This document shows positions 1-10,040 of a DNA stretch of 64,000 nucleotides, piece after piece. The notes beneath the pieces were generated by a model. The model saw only the letters and a program-made list of their open reading frames with translations, made no database searches and was not told where the DNA came from. This DNA comes from an uncultured Rhodoluna sp. Lineage in GTDB: Bacteria > Actinomycetota > Actinomycetes > Actinomycetales > Microbacteriaceae. The DNA lies in assembly GCA_964439235.1 (NCBI GenBank), contig CAYTNT010000002.1, positions 28 through 64,027 on the forward strand, in the 5' to 3' direction. A program made the position numbers and the translations under genes. Positions within the stretch are counted from its first letter, which is position 1, and each line of letters begins with the position of its first letter.

Positions 1-1
1 G

Positions 2-1102
2 CGCGATGCATCCGTACCATTTTTCGGGCCGCATCAGTCCGGTGTTGAGCTAGAGCTCCAAACCTTCACTAATTTCTTAGCATTCGACCTAGATCCAAGC
101 ACCGATTTGGCGGCTTTCAGGCGTTGGATGTCCTTGCTCACGGATGACATTTCGAGACTTGTTCGTGGCAAGCCGGTGCTGGCCGATGCGCAGCCACAGT
201 TGGCTATGGGGCCGGCTCGCTTGACGGCGACGGTCGGAATATCTCCCGAATTTTTCGGCAAGTTGGGAATTCAACGGCTTAAACCATCAAATTTCAATCA
301 GGTTCCGAGCTTGAAGATCGACGACTTGAAAGATGAATTTTCGCTTGGAGACGTGCTCCTTCACGTGAGCGCGGATGACCCTATCGTGCTCTCCCATGCG
401 GTGCGTGCGCTAATCAGAGACAGCCTTGCATTTGGTCAGGTGCGATGGTCGCAGCAAGGTTTCTCGAATGCACAAGGTGTTGTTCCCGGAGGGGTCCGAC
501 AGCGCAACCTGATGGGTCAGGTCGATGGCACAGAGAATCCAGAGTTTGGTTCTTCTGACTTCGATCGCATCGTTTGGATCGATGCCGATTCCGCCGAGCA
601 GCCTTGGACTGTCGGGGGAACACAGATGGTTCTTCGACGCATCCGAATGAATCTGGACACTTGGGACAAACTGGGCCGCTTCGACAAAGAGATGATTATC
701 GGTCGCGACCTAACTGTTGGAGCACCTTTGGGTAAAGCCAAGGAAACTGATGTTCCAGATTTCGCTGCCCGACGACCAAACGGTCTCCTCGAGATTCCGG
801 CCTTCGCGCACATCAGACACGCTCACCCTCAGAATCCGCTTGAGCGATTCTTCAGAAGGCCTTTCAATTTTGAAGTCGGTGTATCGCCGAGTGGCTCTCC
901 CGATGTCGGTTTGCTTTGGGCTGCCTATGCCCGTGATTTAGCCAACCAGTACCTGCCCGTTCAGGAGCGGTTGGCCAAGGTAGATGTCTTGAATCTCTGG
1001 ACAACCCCAATCGGTTCTTCTGTTTGGTTTATCCTGCCCGGCATTAGCGGGCCGGATCAAATCTTGGGGCAATCCTTGCTCGAAGCCGCCGAACGCGCCT
1101 AG
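2..1102 (+). CDS. Dyp-type peroxidase (EfeB-like), 5'-truncated by the window edge
   Basis: Frame is open from base 2 (RDASVPFFGPHQSG...). Has the GxxDG motif GQVDGTENP, plus HIR and RRPFNF. Confidence 0.9.
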   Translation, partial: RDASVPFFGPHQSGVELELQTFTNFLAFDLDPSTDLAAFRRWMSLLTDDISRLVRGKPVLADAQPQLAMGPARLTATVGISPEFFGKLGIQRLKPSNFNQVPSLKIDDLKDEFSLGDVLLHVSADDPIVLSHAVRALIRDSLAFGQVRWSQQGFSNAQGVVPGGVRQRNLMGQVDGTENPEFGSSDFDRIVWIDADSAEQPWTVGGTQMVLRRIRMNLDTWDKLGRFDKEMIIGRDLTVGAPLGKAKETDVPDFAARRPNGLLEIPAFAHIRHAHPQNPLERFFRRPFNFEVGVSPSGSPDVGLLWAAYARDLANQYLPVQERLAKVDVLNLWTTPIGSSVWFILPGISGPDQILGQSLLEAAERA

Positions 1103-1164
1103 CCGGCCCGTAACATTGGGTCGTTTTTCCCAGAGCCAGACGGCTCGAGTTCTAGACTCGGCTC

Positions 1165-1758
1165 ATGGCAAGACTGATTATCGGCCACGGCTACTCGAAC
1201 CTCAGGCCCGCTGAGCACTGGCAGCATCGACTGGCAGTAGCAGTGAGAAACAACGGACATCAAGTCTTTTACCCGCAGTTTCCGTCGCCTCAAGCACCCC
1301 GGGTCGAAGAGTGGCAGGATTTGCTGATTTCAGAGACGCACATGGCCGCAGCGCTGGATGGACACGGCGAACTCATCTTTGTCGGCCACTCGCTCGGTTC
1401 GGTGAACTGGTTGCTTGCCGCCGGCAACGGAGCACTGCCTGCCACCTTCGATCGAGTGCTGCTGGTGGCCCCCGCCGCGCCCGAACTGCTCAGCATCGCC
1501 CCGGGGTTCGAGCCGGCCCTCGGCAGCGCAGAGTTTGTTGCCGCGGTGCACGCATCCGCTCGGTCAATTTCACTGCTCGGCAGCGACAAAGACCCGTGGT
1601 CGCCACGCGGTATCGAGCAAACCTACGCGCTGCCGCTTGGTTTGCCGGTCAAGATCATCGAAGGTGCGAAGCACTTCTCGAAGGATGACGGCTTCGGCCC
1701 CTGGCAAGGCGTAATCGACTGGATTGATTCGCCCGAGGCTGACCTTCAGTTACGCTAG
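1165..1758 (+). CDS. RBBP9/YdeN-family alpha/beta hydrolase
   Basis: HGY near the N-terminus, nucleophile elbow GHSLG, SDKDPW (Asp), GAKHF (His). Confidence 0.85.
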   Translation: MARLIIGHGYSNLRPAEHWQHRLAVAVRNNGHQVFYPQFPSPQAPRVEEWQDLLISETHMAAALDGHGELIFVGHSLGSVNWLLAAGNGALPATFDRVLLVAPAAPELLSIAPGFEPALGSAEFVAAVHASARSISLLGSDKDPWSPRGIEQTYALPLGLPVKIIEGAKHFSKDDGFGPWQGVIDWIDSPEADLQLR

Positions 1759-1843
1759 AAGTACCCTTTCGGTGCTGCCGCGAGCAGCTAGAGAGGTGCT
1801 CCCGATTTGCCCCACGGAGCAACGCTAAAGCACAGGAAAATCG

Positions 1844-3130
1844 ATGAGGATTTTGCTAGTCGGCGCCGGTGGCGTCGGTGACGCTATTGCCAAAGTTGCG
1901 GCAAAGCGTGATTTCTATGAACTAATCGTGGTTTCTGACTACGACCTTTCGCGAGCCGAAAAAACAATCGAGTGGATCCGCCGCAGGCACGGTGACGACA
2001 AGGCATCGAGGTTCTTGGCGGCCAAGATCGACGCATCCAACGCCGCCAACGTGACCGAACTGGCGCGCGCGCACGCGATCACGCATGTCGTGAACGCTGT
2101 CGAGCCGAAGTTCTTGCCAACCGTGTTCAGCGGTGCCTTCACGGCGGGTGCAAACTACCTCGACATGGCGATGAGCCTCTCAGAGCCGCACGAGACCGAC
2201 CCGTTCCACAAGCCGGGCATCAAGCTCGGCGATGCCCAGTATGCGGTTCACGAGCAGTGGGAGCGCGCCGGCAAGTTGGCGCTAGTCGGTGTTGGCGTTG
2301 AACCTGGCCTATCGAACGTGTTCGCGCGTTACGCCGCTGACCACCTGTTCAGCGACATCGATGAGGTCAGCGTCAAGGACGGCTCGAACCTCTCGGTGAC
2401 CGACGAAAACGGCAACGAGATCTTCGCTCCAAGCTTCTCGATTTGGACCACCATCGAGGAGTGCCTAAACCCGCCGGTGCTGTTTGACCGCAGCAAGGGT
2501 TGGTACACCACCGAGCCATTCAGCGAACCCGAGATCTTCGAGTTCCCAGAGGGTATCGGCGCTGTCGAGTGCGTTAACGTCGAGCACGAAGAGGTAACCA
2601 TGCTGCCTCGTCACATCCGTGCCAACAAGTTCAACTTCAAGTACGGCTTGGGCACCGACTTCATCAACGTTTTGAAGCTGCTGCACACCCTCGGCCTCGA
2701 CCAGACCAAGCCGCACCGAGTTCGCTCGCTGCAGGGTCCGGTGGATGTCGCACCGCGCGACATGGTTGCCGCTGTGCTGCCTGACCCGGCCAGCATTGGC
2801 CCGCGCATGACCGGCAAGACCTGCGCTGGCGTGCTGGTTACCGGTAAAGATAAGGACGGCAAGGATCGCGCAACCTACCTGTATCACGTGGCCGACAATG
2901 CGCAGACCATGGCCGAGTATGACGCCCAGTGCGTTGTGGTTCAGACCGCGTTCAACCCAGTGATCGCTCTCGAACTAATGGCTCAGGGAACCTGGCGCGG
3001 AGCCGGTGTGCTCGGCCCAGAGGCCTTCGATGCCAAGCCATTCCTTGACCTGATGTCGTCGAGCCTTGGCTACAACGAGCGTTGGGTTGCGCAGGAGCGG
3101 CTGCCGGCAAGCCCGCTCCGTCATCCATAG
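1844..3130 (+). CDS. Saccharopine dehydrogenase / carboxy(nor)spermidine dehydrogenase-family oxidoreductase
   Basis: Rossmann motif GAGGVG, YLDMA, GVEPG, EHEE, C-terminal GVLGPEAFD. Confidence 0.85.
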   Translation: MRILLVGAGGVGDAIAKVAAKRDFYELIVVSDYDLSRAEKTIEWIRRRHGDDKASRFLAAKIDASNAANVTELARAHAITHVVNAVEPKFLPTVFSGAFTAGANYLDMAMSLSEPHETDPFHKPGIKLGDAQYAVHEQWERAGKLALVGVGVEPGLSNVFARYAADHLFSDIDEVSVKDGSNLSVTDENGNEIFAPSFSIWTTIEECLNPPVLFDRSKGWYTTEPFSEPEIFEFPEGIGAVECVNVEHEEVTMLPRHIRANKFNFKYGLGTDFINVLKLLHTLGLDQTKPHRVRSLQGPVDVAPRDMVAAVLPDPASIGPRMTGKTCAGVLVTGKDKDGKDRATYLYHVADNAQTMAEYDAQCVVVQTAFNPVIALELMAQGTWRGAGVLGPEAFDAKPFLDLMSSSLGYNERWVAQERLPASPLRHP

Positions 3131-3149
3131 AGATTAATTAGAGGCTGAA

Positions 3150-4775
3150 GTGACCGACCGCCAGACCGCATACGATGTCGCAATCATCGGGTCGGGTTTT
3201 GGCGGCTCGGTCGCTGCGCTGAGACTTGCTGAAAAGGGCTATCGGGTGCTGGTCATCGAGGCCGGTTCGCGCTTCGAGGATTCAGACTTCGCCAAGACCA
3301 ACTGGAATCTCAAGAAGTATTTGTTTTTTCCTCGACTAGGGCTCAAGGGCATCCAGCGAATGGATCTGCTCAGCAATGTGCTGGTGATGTCTGGAGCTGG
3401 AGTCGGTGGCGGCTCGCTGGTCTACGCAAATACCCTCTATCGTCCTGAAGAGACTTTTTTCAAGACCGGCACCTGGGCGCAAATGCGTGACTGGCAGGCC
3501 ACCTTGGCGCCGCACTACTCCACCGCCGAGAAAATGCTGGGTGTGACCCCAAACCCGTTCTTCTCAGAGGCCGATCTCGTGTTGCGACGAGCAGCCGAAC
3601 GCGGTGGATACGGCAGCACCTACCGAGCGGCCCCGCTTGGCATTACCTTCAAGGTGCCCGACGATGCGCCGAACCGCGACCCTTACTTTGGCGGCAACGG
3701 ACCGGCGCGTAACGCCTGCATCAACTGCGGCGAATGCATGACCGGATGCCGTCACGGCGCCAAAAACACCCTCGTCAAGAACTACCTGTACTTCGCCGAG
3801 CGCGCGGGCGTCGAGATTCTGCCAGACACCACCGTTGACCGGATCGAGCAGATCGATGGCGGCGACTCGGTTACCGGCTACCGGCTCAGGATGCGCGCAT
3901 CCAACCGAACCCCGCGCTTCAAACGCAACCTGACCGTGCTCGAGGTGCCGCAGGTTATCGTCGCGGCAGGGGCGCTCGGCACCGCTCGTTTATTGCAGCG
4001 CTCGCGTGCCGCGGGCGGGCTGCCAGGCATCAGCGACAAACTAGGTCACCTGAGCCGCACGAACTCAGAGTCGCTGCTGGGCGTGGTTGCCAACAACGAC
4101 GACCACGATTTCAGCGTAGGCAGCGCAATCACATCCTCGGTGTTTCCGTCACCCGACACCCACGTCGAGCCTGTGCGCTACGGCAGAGGCAGCGGCATGA
4201 TGGGCATGTTGCAGAGCGTCTTGGCCAGCGGCCGTTCAGGAGACCCGCGCCGCGATGCCCCGAACCCAGCCAGGCTGATCTGGGTCACACTCACCAACCT
4301 GTGGCGACTGCCGAGCTTCTACAATCTGCGCAGTTGGCCCCAGCGCACGTTGATTCTGCTGGTGATGCAGGCTCGTGACAACTCGCTGGTCACCCAGCTC
4401 AAGCGCACCTGGCTCGGTCGCCAAAAACTAATCTCAAAGCAGGGTCACGGCGAACCTAACCCCAGCTGGGTGCCAGCCGGTCACGACCTGGCACGTTCGA
4501 TTGCCGAAGACATCAAGGCCACCCCAGGTGCCGTGGTTGGCGAACCATTCGGCATCCCGCTCACCGCACACTTCATTGGCGGATGCGTAATAGCGCCAAG
4601 CCCCGAGCAGGGCGTGGTTGACGAGTATCTGCGGGTCTATGGCCAGCCCGGACTCCACGTTTTTGACGGCAGCACCTTGAGTGCCAACCCCGGGGTGAAC
4701 CCGAGCCTTACGATTGCGGCTCAGGCCGAGTGGGCCGCCGCCAGCTGGCCTCGATGCCAAGCCCCCAATAACTGA
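3150..4775 (+). CDS. Cholesterol oxidase-like GMC oxidoreductase (ChoD family)
   Basis: GSGFGG FAD motif, GVGGGSLVYAN, CxxCGxCxxGC, TAHFIGGC, NPGVNPSLTI. Confidence 0.85.
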   Translation: MTDRQTAYDVAIIGSGFGGSVAALRLAEKGYRVLVIEAGSRFEDSDFAKTNWNLKKYLFFPRLGLKGIQRMDLLSNVLVMSGAGVGGGSLVYANTLYRPEETFFKTGTWAQMRDWQATLAPHYSTAEKMLGVTPNPFFSEADLVLRRAAERGGYGSTYRAAPLGITFKVPDDAPNRDPYFGGNGPARNACINCGECMTGCRHGAKNTLVKNYLYFAERAGVEILPDTTVDRIEQIDGGDSVTGYRLRMRASNRTPRFKRNLTVLEVPQVIVAAGALGTARLLQRSRAAGGLPGISDKLGHLSRTNSESLLGVVANNDDHDFSVGSAITSSVFPSPDTHVEPVRYGRGSGMMGMLQSVLASGRSGDPRRDAPNPARLIWVTLTNLWRLPSFYNLRSWPQRTLILLVMQARDNSLVTQLKRTWLGRQKLISKQGHGEPNPSWVPAGHDLARSIAEDIKATPGAVVGEPFGIPLTAHFIGGCVIAPSPEQGVVDEYLRVYGQPGLHVFDGSTLSANPGVNPSLTIAAQAEWAAASWPRCQAPNN

Positions 4776-5637
4776 ATCCGATGATCATGGCGGCTCCTAG
4801 AAGTCCAAGCCAGCCCAGAGTCTCGCCACCGATCGAGGATGCGATGATCACAGCCCAGACCGGCTCGGTGCTGAGCAGCAGGCTCGCTCGGCTGGCCGAG
4901 GTCTTGCGAATGCCAAACATCAGACCGACGAAACCAAACACCGAGGCGAACCCGACCAGGTAGAGCAACACGAGCCACTGCGCCAATTCGTATCCCTGCG
5001 CCGTTTGAAGCACTTCGCCGGGCACCAGCACCAAATAGCCGAGACCGATTACCGCGAATTGCATCGTCGTCATGTTGAACGAGCTAACCGGCTTGCCCGC
5101 AGTGAGTTTCGCTTGCGCGGTTGTGGTCCAGGCCCGAATGACCGCCGCAACCAGCATGATGAGGTCGCCGAAATTGATGTTCTGGATGCCGCCAGCGCCA
5201 ACCAGAAGGGCCACGCCGACCATCGCTCCGGTGCACGCGATGAAGAACTTGGGCGGCAGCCAGTTGCGCGACCAAATGCTCTCAAAGACTGGGGTGAAAA
5301 CTATGGTCAGCGAAATGATCAATCCCGCGTTGGTTGCCGAAGTTAGGCTGATGGAGTTGGTCTCGATCCACATGATCAGGCCGACCAGAAAGCCCCAGAG
5401 CGCGCCCAGTCGAACATCCCAACTGTTGAACCGAGCAAACTTGCCACGACTGTAACCGACTGCCCAAATCAGGATCATCAGCAGCGCTGCCATGCTGAAT
5501 CGCAGCGACAGCATCCCCGCAATCGGGCCGTGTTCGGTCAGGTTTTTGGCCGCCAGATAGCTAGAGCCCCAGACCCCGGCGACCAGCAGAAGCAGCGTAT
5601 CTACCGACTTGAATTTGAACAGCTTCGCCGGCTTCAA
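4708..5637 (-). CDS. DMT/EamA-family transporter
   Basis: About 10 hydrophobic helices, WGSSY, EPVWA..GGE. Its 3' end overlaps the convergent ChoD-like gene. Confidence 0.85.
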   Translation of the reverse strand: MKPAKLFKFKSVDTLLLLVAGVWGSSYLAAKNLTEHGPIAGMLSLRFSMAALLMILIWAVGYSRGKFARFNSWDVRLGALWGFLVGLIMWIETNSISLTSATNAGLIISLTIVFTPVFESIWSRNWLPPKFFIACTGAMVGVALLVGAGGIQNINFGDLIMLVAAVIRAWTTTAQAKLTAGKPVSSFNMTTMQFAVIGLGYLVLVPGEVLQTAQGYELAQWLVLLYLVGFASVFGFVGLMFGIRKTSASRASLLLSTEPVWAVIIASSIGGETLGWLGLLGAAMIIGFSYWGLGIEASWRRPTRPEPQS

Positions 5638-6545
5638 CTTGATTTGGCTCGCTTGCTGAACAGCCCCTGGGCAAATGCCGCACCCGCGACAACTATCAGT
5701 GCACCGACCGGTTCGTGCCAGTGCAAGTCTTCGCCGAGCACCATGACGCCAAGTGCCACGGCCACAATCGGGGTAATCAAAGTCACCGAGGATGCGATTG
5801 TCGAACCAACTTCGGCGATCACGCCGTAGTAGAGCCAGTAAGCCATGCCGCTGCCCAGAGCGCCGAGGGCGATCATCGCCAACACGGTCTCGGTCTTGAC
5901 TTCACCGATGGTTAGCGGACCAAAGAAATAGAACGGCAAGAGGGTGATTGCGGCGGTCGAAATCTGCCCGAAAGTGTTGACCGAGGTGGGTAGGCCGAGC
6001 GGGCCGATGAAGCGCCTCATGAAGGGGGTTCCGAATCCGTAGCAGGCGATAGCTGCAATCAGCGCGAGCACGGCTGTGGGTTCGGCGTCGCCAAAGCCAC
6101 GCCATACGCCCAACACGACGGCGACGCCAAGCAGGCCGATGGCGAGGCCGATCATGGTCTTCAGGTTTGGCCGCTCTTCTCTAAAGAACAGCAAGATCAT
6201 CAACACCGTCATCACCGGAGTCGCTGCGTTGATGATTCCGGCCAGTGCGCTCGAAACGTGCTGTTCGGCATAGGCAAAGAGCACGAATGGAATTGCGCTC
6301 ATGAAGATGCCGCCGAACCACATGGTCAACCAAGTTTTCGGGTCGCGCGGCAGTTTGTGTCCGCTGATCTTGATAATCGCAAACATGACGATTGCGCCGA
6401 TTGCCAAACGCCAAAAAGCCACGCCAACAGCCGGAAGAGCCTTGGCCCCGATAGCGATGAAGAGAAACGAACTACCCCAGATGAGCCCAGCCAGCAGGTA
6501 CTTGGCGAGCCAGGATTTGCTGGCTGCGGTGCTGACTTGGCTCAC
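5634..6545 (-). CDS. DMT/EamA-family transporter
   Basis: IWGSSFLFI and TPIVAVALGVMVLGE. The GTG at 6545 lies 6 nt after a TAGGCT -10 box. 4-nt overlap with the next gene. Confidence 0.88.
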   Translation of the reverse strand: MSQVSTAASKSWLAKYLLAGLIWGSSFLFIAIGAKALPAVGVAFWRLAIGAIVMFAIIKISGHKLPRDPKTWLTMWFGGIFMSAIPFVLFAYAEQHVSSALAGIINAATPVMTVLMILLFFREERPNLKTMIGLAIGLLGVAVVLGVWRGFGDAEPTAVLALIAAIACYGFGTPFMRRFIGPLGLPTSVNTFGQISTAAITLLPFYFFGPLTIGEVKTETVLAMIALGALGSGMAYWLYYGVIAEVGSTIASSVTLITPIVAVALGVMVLGEDLHWHEPVGALIVVAGAAFAQGLFSKRAKSS

Positions 6546-6568
6546 CACTAGAGCCTAGTTGCCGCCAG

Positions 6569-7306
6569 CTACTGCTCGTAGCAATTTAGTTCGGTGACTT
6601 CGGCGGTCGCGGCTGCATCCTCGTACGATTTGAGAATGAAGGTGACGGTCTCGCCGTAGCCCACATAGTTCACAACATCATTCGTGAAGTCGATCTTGAC
6701 GCCGGCGTCATCCAGAATGTCAATCTCGGCGTATGCGCCACCCGGACAGAAGGCCTCTGAAACTGCCTGAAGCACCCAGTATGAGCAGCCTGTGCAGTCG
6801 ATGTCTTCGGAGTTGTAGGAATCGGTCACGAACTTGTAAGCCATGTCGTAATCGAAGATGTTCTGGTCTACCTGGGTGAAGCCCGCAGGAACCCAGCTTG
6901 GCGATCCAAATCCTGAGTTATCTGGTTCGCTCAACCCGCCCGAGGTCGAATTGTCTTCGGTTGCGTAGGTCGAGTCGTCTTGGCTGGTCAATGAGTCTTG
7001 AGTTGCGGTGTTGTTGTTTCCGGCTGAGGTCGCGAGCGAGATGCCAACGATTCCAAACAGCACGACACCGGCTGCGATGAGTCCGATGGCGAGACCGCGC
7101 TTTGATCCAGTCGATTTCGAGGATGCCGATGACGCAGGCAAGCCCTGATAGGCATAGTCGGCGTGCGACATTCCCGCTGGTTTGAACGGGTCTTGCTGTT
7201 CTGCCTCAGATGCTGGCTGCGCAGGAGCTTCGGCCACCGGCTTGCCGCAGTTGGTGCAGAAGCGCATATTCGCGTTCAGTGAGTTTCCGCATTGGGTGCA
7301 AAACAT
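6569..7306 (-). CDS. Zinc-ribbon domain membrane protein
   Basis: N-terminal CTQCG..FCTNCG, one TM helix, Ser/Thr/Asp-rich linker, acidic Cys-containing C-terminal domain. Confidence 0.75.
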   Translation of the reverse strand: MFCTQCGNSLNANMRFCTNCGKPVAEAPAQPASEAEQQDPFKPAGMSHADYAYQGLPASSASSKSTGSKRGLAIGLIAAGVVLFGIVGISLATSAGNNNTATQDSLTSQDDSTYATEDNSTSGGLSEPDNSGFGSPSWVPAGFTQVDQNIFDYDMAYKFVTDSYNSEDIDCTGCSYWVLQAVSEAFCPGGAYAEIDILDDAGVKIDFTNDVVNYVGYGETVTFILKSYEDAAATAEVTELNCYEQ

Positions 7307-7374
7307 GGGCTACCCCCGTCTACTGGTTCGGGGTCGAATGGCACACTCGACCGTGCATCAAAGTTTATTGGTCG

Positions 7375-7414
7375 AAAAAAGAAGTGCCCCACCAAGTTAC
7401 TGGCGAGGCACCTC
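7375..7414 (-). terminator. Intrinsic terminator of gndA
   Basis: Minus strand: 15-bp stem with G-U pairs (GAGGTGCCTCGCCAG / TTGGTGGGGCACTTC) followed by T6. Confidence 0.8.
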
Positions 7415-7429
7415 GAGTTAGTTATGGGG

Positions 7430-8896
7430 TTAGTGAGTGCTCGGCTCTTGCTCAACCTCGGTGCGGTCGCCCGACCAGAGCGTGTGGAAGGTGCCGTCGA
7501 GGTCAACTCGCTTGTAGGTGTGGGCTCCGAAGAAGTCGCGCTGACCCTGGACCAGGGCTGCACCTAGGCGCTGGGCACGCAGGCCGTCGTAGTACGACAG
7601 CGAGGATGCGAATGCCGGAACCGGGATTCCCGCAAGCGATGCGTTCGCGACCACGGTTCGCCACGACTTGAGTGACTTGGCAACCGCATCCTTGAAGTAA
7701 GGGTCAAGAATCAACGATTCGAGGTTGGCGTTTGCGCCGTAGGCATCCGCGATTCGGTTTAGGAACTGAGCACGGATGATACAACCGCCGCGCCAGATCT
7801 TCGAAACGGCTCCGAGGTCGATCTTCCAGCCGTATTCCTTTGCGCCGGCGCGAATGGCGTCGAAGCCCTGCGCGTAAGCAACCAGCTTGGATGCGTAAAG
7901 CGCACGACGGACGTCCTCGACGAAAGCTGCCTTGTCGGCGATGCTCCAGGTGCTGGCGTCTGCAGGCAGGCCAGCCTTTGCGGCAGCTGCACGCTGCGAT
8001 CCCTGCGACGAGAGCGAGCGGGCGAACACTGCCTCGGCGATGCCCGAAACCGGGGTGCCAAGGTTCAGCGAGGTCTGAACAGTCCAGACTCCGGTGCCCT
8101 TTGAGCCGGCCTGGTCGAGCACGACGTCAACGAATGGCTTGCCGGTCTTGGCGTCAACCTGCTTCAGCACCTCTGCGGTGATTTCGATCAGGAACGACTC
8201 GAGGTCGCCCTTGTTCCACTCTTCGAAGATGCCGGCGATCTCGGCTGGGCTGTATCCGCCAGCCTGACGCAGGATGTCATAGGCTTCGGCGATGAGCTGC
8301 ATGTCGGCGTACTCGATGCCGTTGTGAATCATCTTTACGAAGTGGCCAGCGCCGTCGGTGCCGACGTGGGTCACGCAAGGCTCGCCCCCTGCAACGGCCG
8401 CGATGGATGCCAAAATCGGGCCGAGGGTCTTGTAGGCCTCTTCTGAACCGCCAGGCATGATCGAAGGCCCCTTGAGCGCGCCCTCCTCACCGCCCGAGAT
8501 TCCGGCTCCGACGAAGTTGATGCCTTTGGCGCGAACTTCGGCCTCGCGGCGAATGGTGTCGGTGAACAGTGCGTTTCCGCCGTCGACAATGATGTCGCCC
8601 GGCTCGAAGCGCTCGGCAAGCTGTGAGATTACGGCATCTGTTCCTTTGCCGGCCTGCACCATGATGATTGCGGTGCGTGGCTTGGCAAGCGAGGCAACGA
8701 AGTCATCGATGGTTTCGGATGCGATGAAGCCAGCTTCTGGGTGTTCGGTGATTAGCAGGTTGGTGCGCTCCCATGAGCGGTTGTAGACGGCAACGGTGTT
8801 GCCCTCTCGGCTTGCCAGGTTTCTGGCGAGGTTTGAGCCCATTACGGCCAGGCCGACAACGCCGATATTGGCTTTACCCGAGTGCGATTGAGTCAT
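7430..8896 (-). CDS. gndA: NADP-dependent 6-phosphogluconate dehydrogenase
   Basis: GLAVMG, ISGGEEGA, KMIHNGIEY, QRDFFGAHTY. Confidence 0.97.
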   Translation of the reverse strand: MTQSHSGKANIGVVGLAVMGSNLARNLASREGNTVAVYNRSWERTNLLITEHPEAGFIASETIDDFVASLAKPRTAIIMVQAGKGTDAVISQLAERFEPGDIIVDGGNALFTDTIRREAEVRAKGINFVGAGISGGEEGALKGPSIMPGGSEEAYKTLGPILASIAAVAGGEPCVTHVGTDGAGHFVKMIHNGIEYADMQLIAEAYDILRQAGGYSPAEIAGIFEEWNKGDLESFLIEITAEVLKQVDAKTGKPFVDVVLDQAGSKGTGVWTVQTSLNLGTPVSGIAEAVFARSLSSQGSQRAAAAKAGLPADASTWSIADKAAFVEDVRRALYASKLVAYAQGFDAIRAGAKEYGWKIDLGAVSKIWRGGCIIRAQFLNRIADAYGANANLESLILDPYFKDAVAKSLKSWRTVVANASLAGIPVPAFASSLSYYDGLRAQRLGAALVQGQRDFFGAHTYKRVDLDGTFHTLWSGDRTEVEQEPSTH

Positions 8897-9050
8897 GAAA
8901 ATTCCTTGATTGGGATTTGCGAGAAAAGAGGGGGAGTACGTCTGCGGACCTAGTCACAAGTTTATTCGGAAATAAAAAAGTAAAGTGGGGGTTTACTAAA
9001 CTGTAAATGGTTCGATTGAAGAACCCGAATGCAGAGAGGTGTGAACCCAA

Positions 9051-10028
9051 ATGCCAGCGGTAACCGCAGACACGCTAGTTTTGCCAAGGATGAGCCTGAT
9101 CACCGGCCGCGCTCGAGCGGTCAAGTCGGTGACCTTTGGTCCGCAGGCCTATGAGGGCGAAGGCTTTCCGGTAACTCGAGCATTCGCGGGGGTCAGCTAT
9201 GCCGATCTCGACCCATTCATCCACATGGATCAGATGGGAGAGGTTGAGTACGCGCCGCTCGAACCAAAGGGCACCCCGTGGCATCCTCACCGTGGTTTTG
9301 AGACCTTTACCTACATGATCGACGGAACCTTTCAGCACCAGGACAACCACGGTGGCGGGGGCGTTATCAAGGACGGCGCAACCCAGTACATGACCGCGGG
9401 TGCCGGCGTGCTGCACATCGAAACTCCGCCCGAAGACCTAGTGATGTCCGGCGGAATTTTCCACGGCATTCAGCTTTGGATCAACCTGCCATCGCACGCC
9501 AAGATGACCAACCCGAACTACCAAAATCTCGAGGGTGGCGACGTCACGCTGTTGGCCAGCCAAGACGGTGGCGCGCTAATCAGGCTGCTCGCCGGCGAGA
9601 TTGATGGTCACACCGGCCCTGGCAAGTCATTCACGCCGATCACCATCGCACACGTTTCGGTAGCCCCGGGCGCATCGGTTTCGATTCCGTGGAACCCGAT
9701 GTTCAATGCGCTCGGCTATGTGCTGGCCGGCTCGGGCAAGGTTGGCGAGGACGCCGCGTTTACGCAGTCGGCATCCATCTCGACCGGTGGTTTGGCTGTG
9801 TTTGGTCAAGGCGACCGCATCGTGCTGACCGCCGACCCATCGCAAGAAGCGCGCTACGGAGGCTTCGAGGTCTTTCTGCTCGGTGGCCAGCCGATTCGCG
9901 AACCGGTGGTGGCCTATGGCCCGTTCGTCATGAACAGCAAGCAGCAGATCATTCAGGCGATGGAGGACTACCAGTACGGTCGCTTCGGTCAGATTCCAGA
10001 GGATGCGTTGCAGCCGTTCCACGGCTAA
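9051..10028 (+). CDS. Pirin-family protein
   Basis: DPFIHMD, WHPHRGFET, HIE, GPFVMN. Confidence 0.93.
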   Translation: MPAVTADTLVLPRMSLITGRARAVKSVTFGPQAYEGEGFPVTRAFAGVSYADLDPFIHMDQMGEVEYAPLEPKGTPWHPHRGFETFTYMIDGTFQHQDNHGGGGVIKDGATQYMTAGAGVLHIETPPEDLVMSGGIFHGIQLWINLPSHAKMTNPNYQNLEGGDVTLLASQDGGALIRLLAGEIDGHTGPGKSFTPITIAHVSVAPGASVSIPWNPMFNALGYVLAGSGKVGEDAAFTQSASISTGGLAVFGQGDRIVLTADPSQEARYGGFEVFLLGGQPIREPVVAYGPFVMNSKQQIIQAMEDYQYGRFGQIPEDALQPFHG

Positions 10029-10040
10029 CCCGCACCGGCC

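Noticed and set aside
1791-1843. Lysine riboswitch (AGAGGTGC) or canonical SAM-II riboswitch
   Set aside because: Far too short for a lysine riboswitch, and the loop lacks the separate U-triplex and pairing segments of SAM-II. Kept only as an unclassified candidate.
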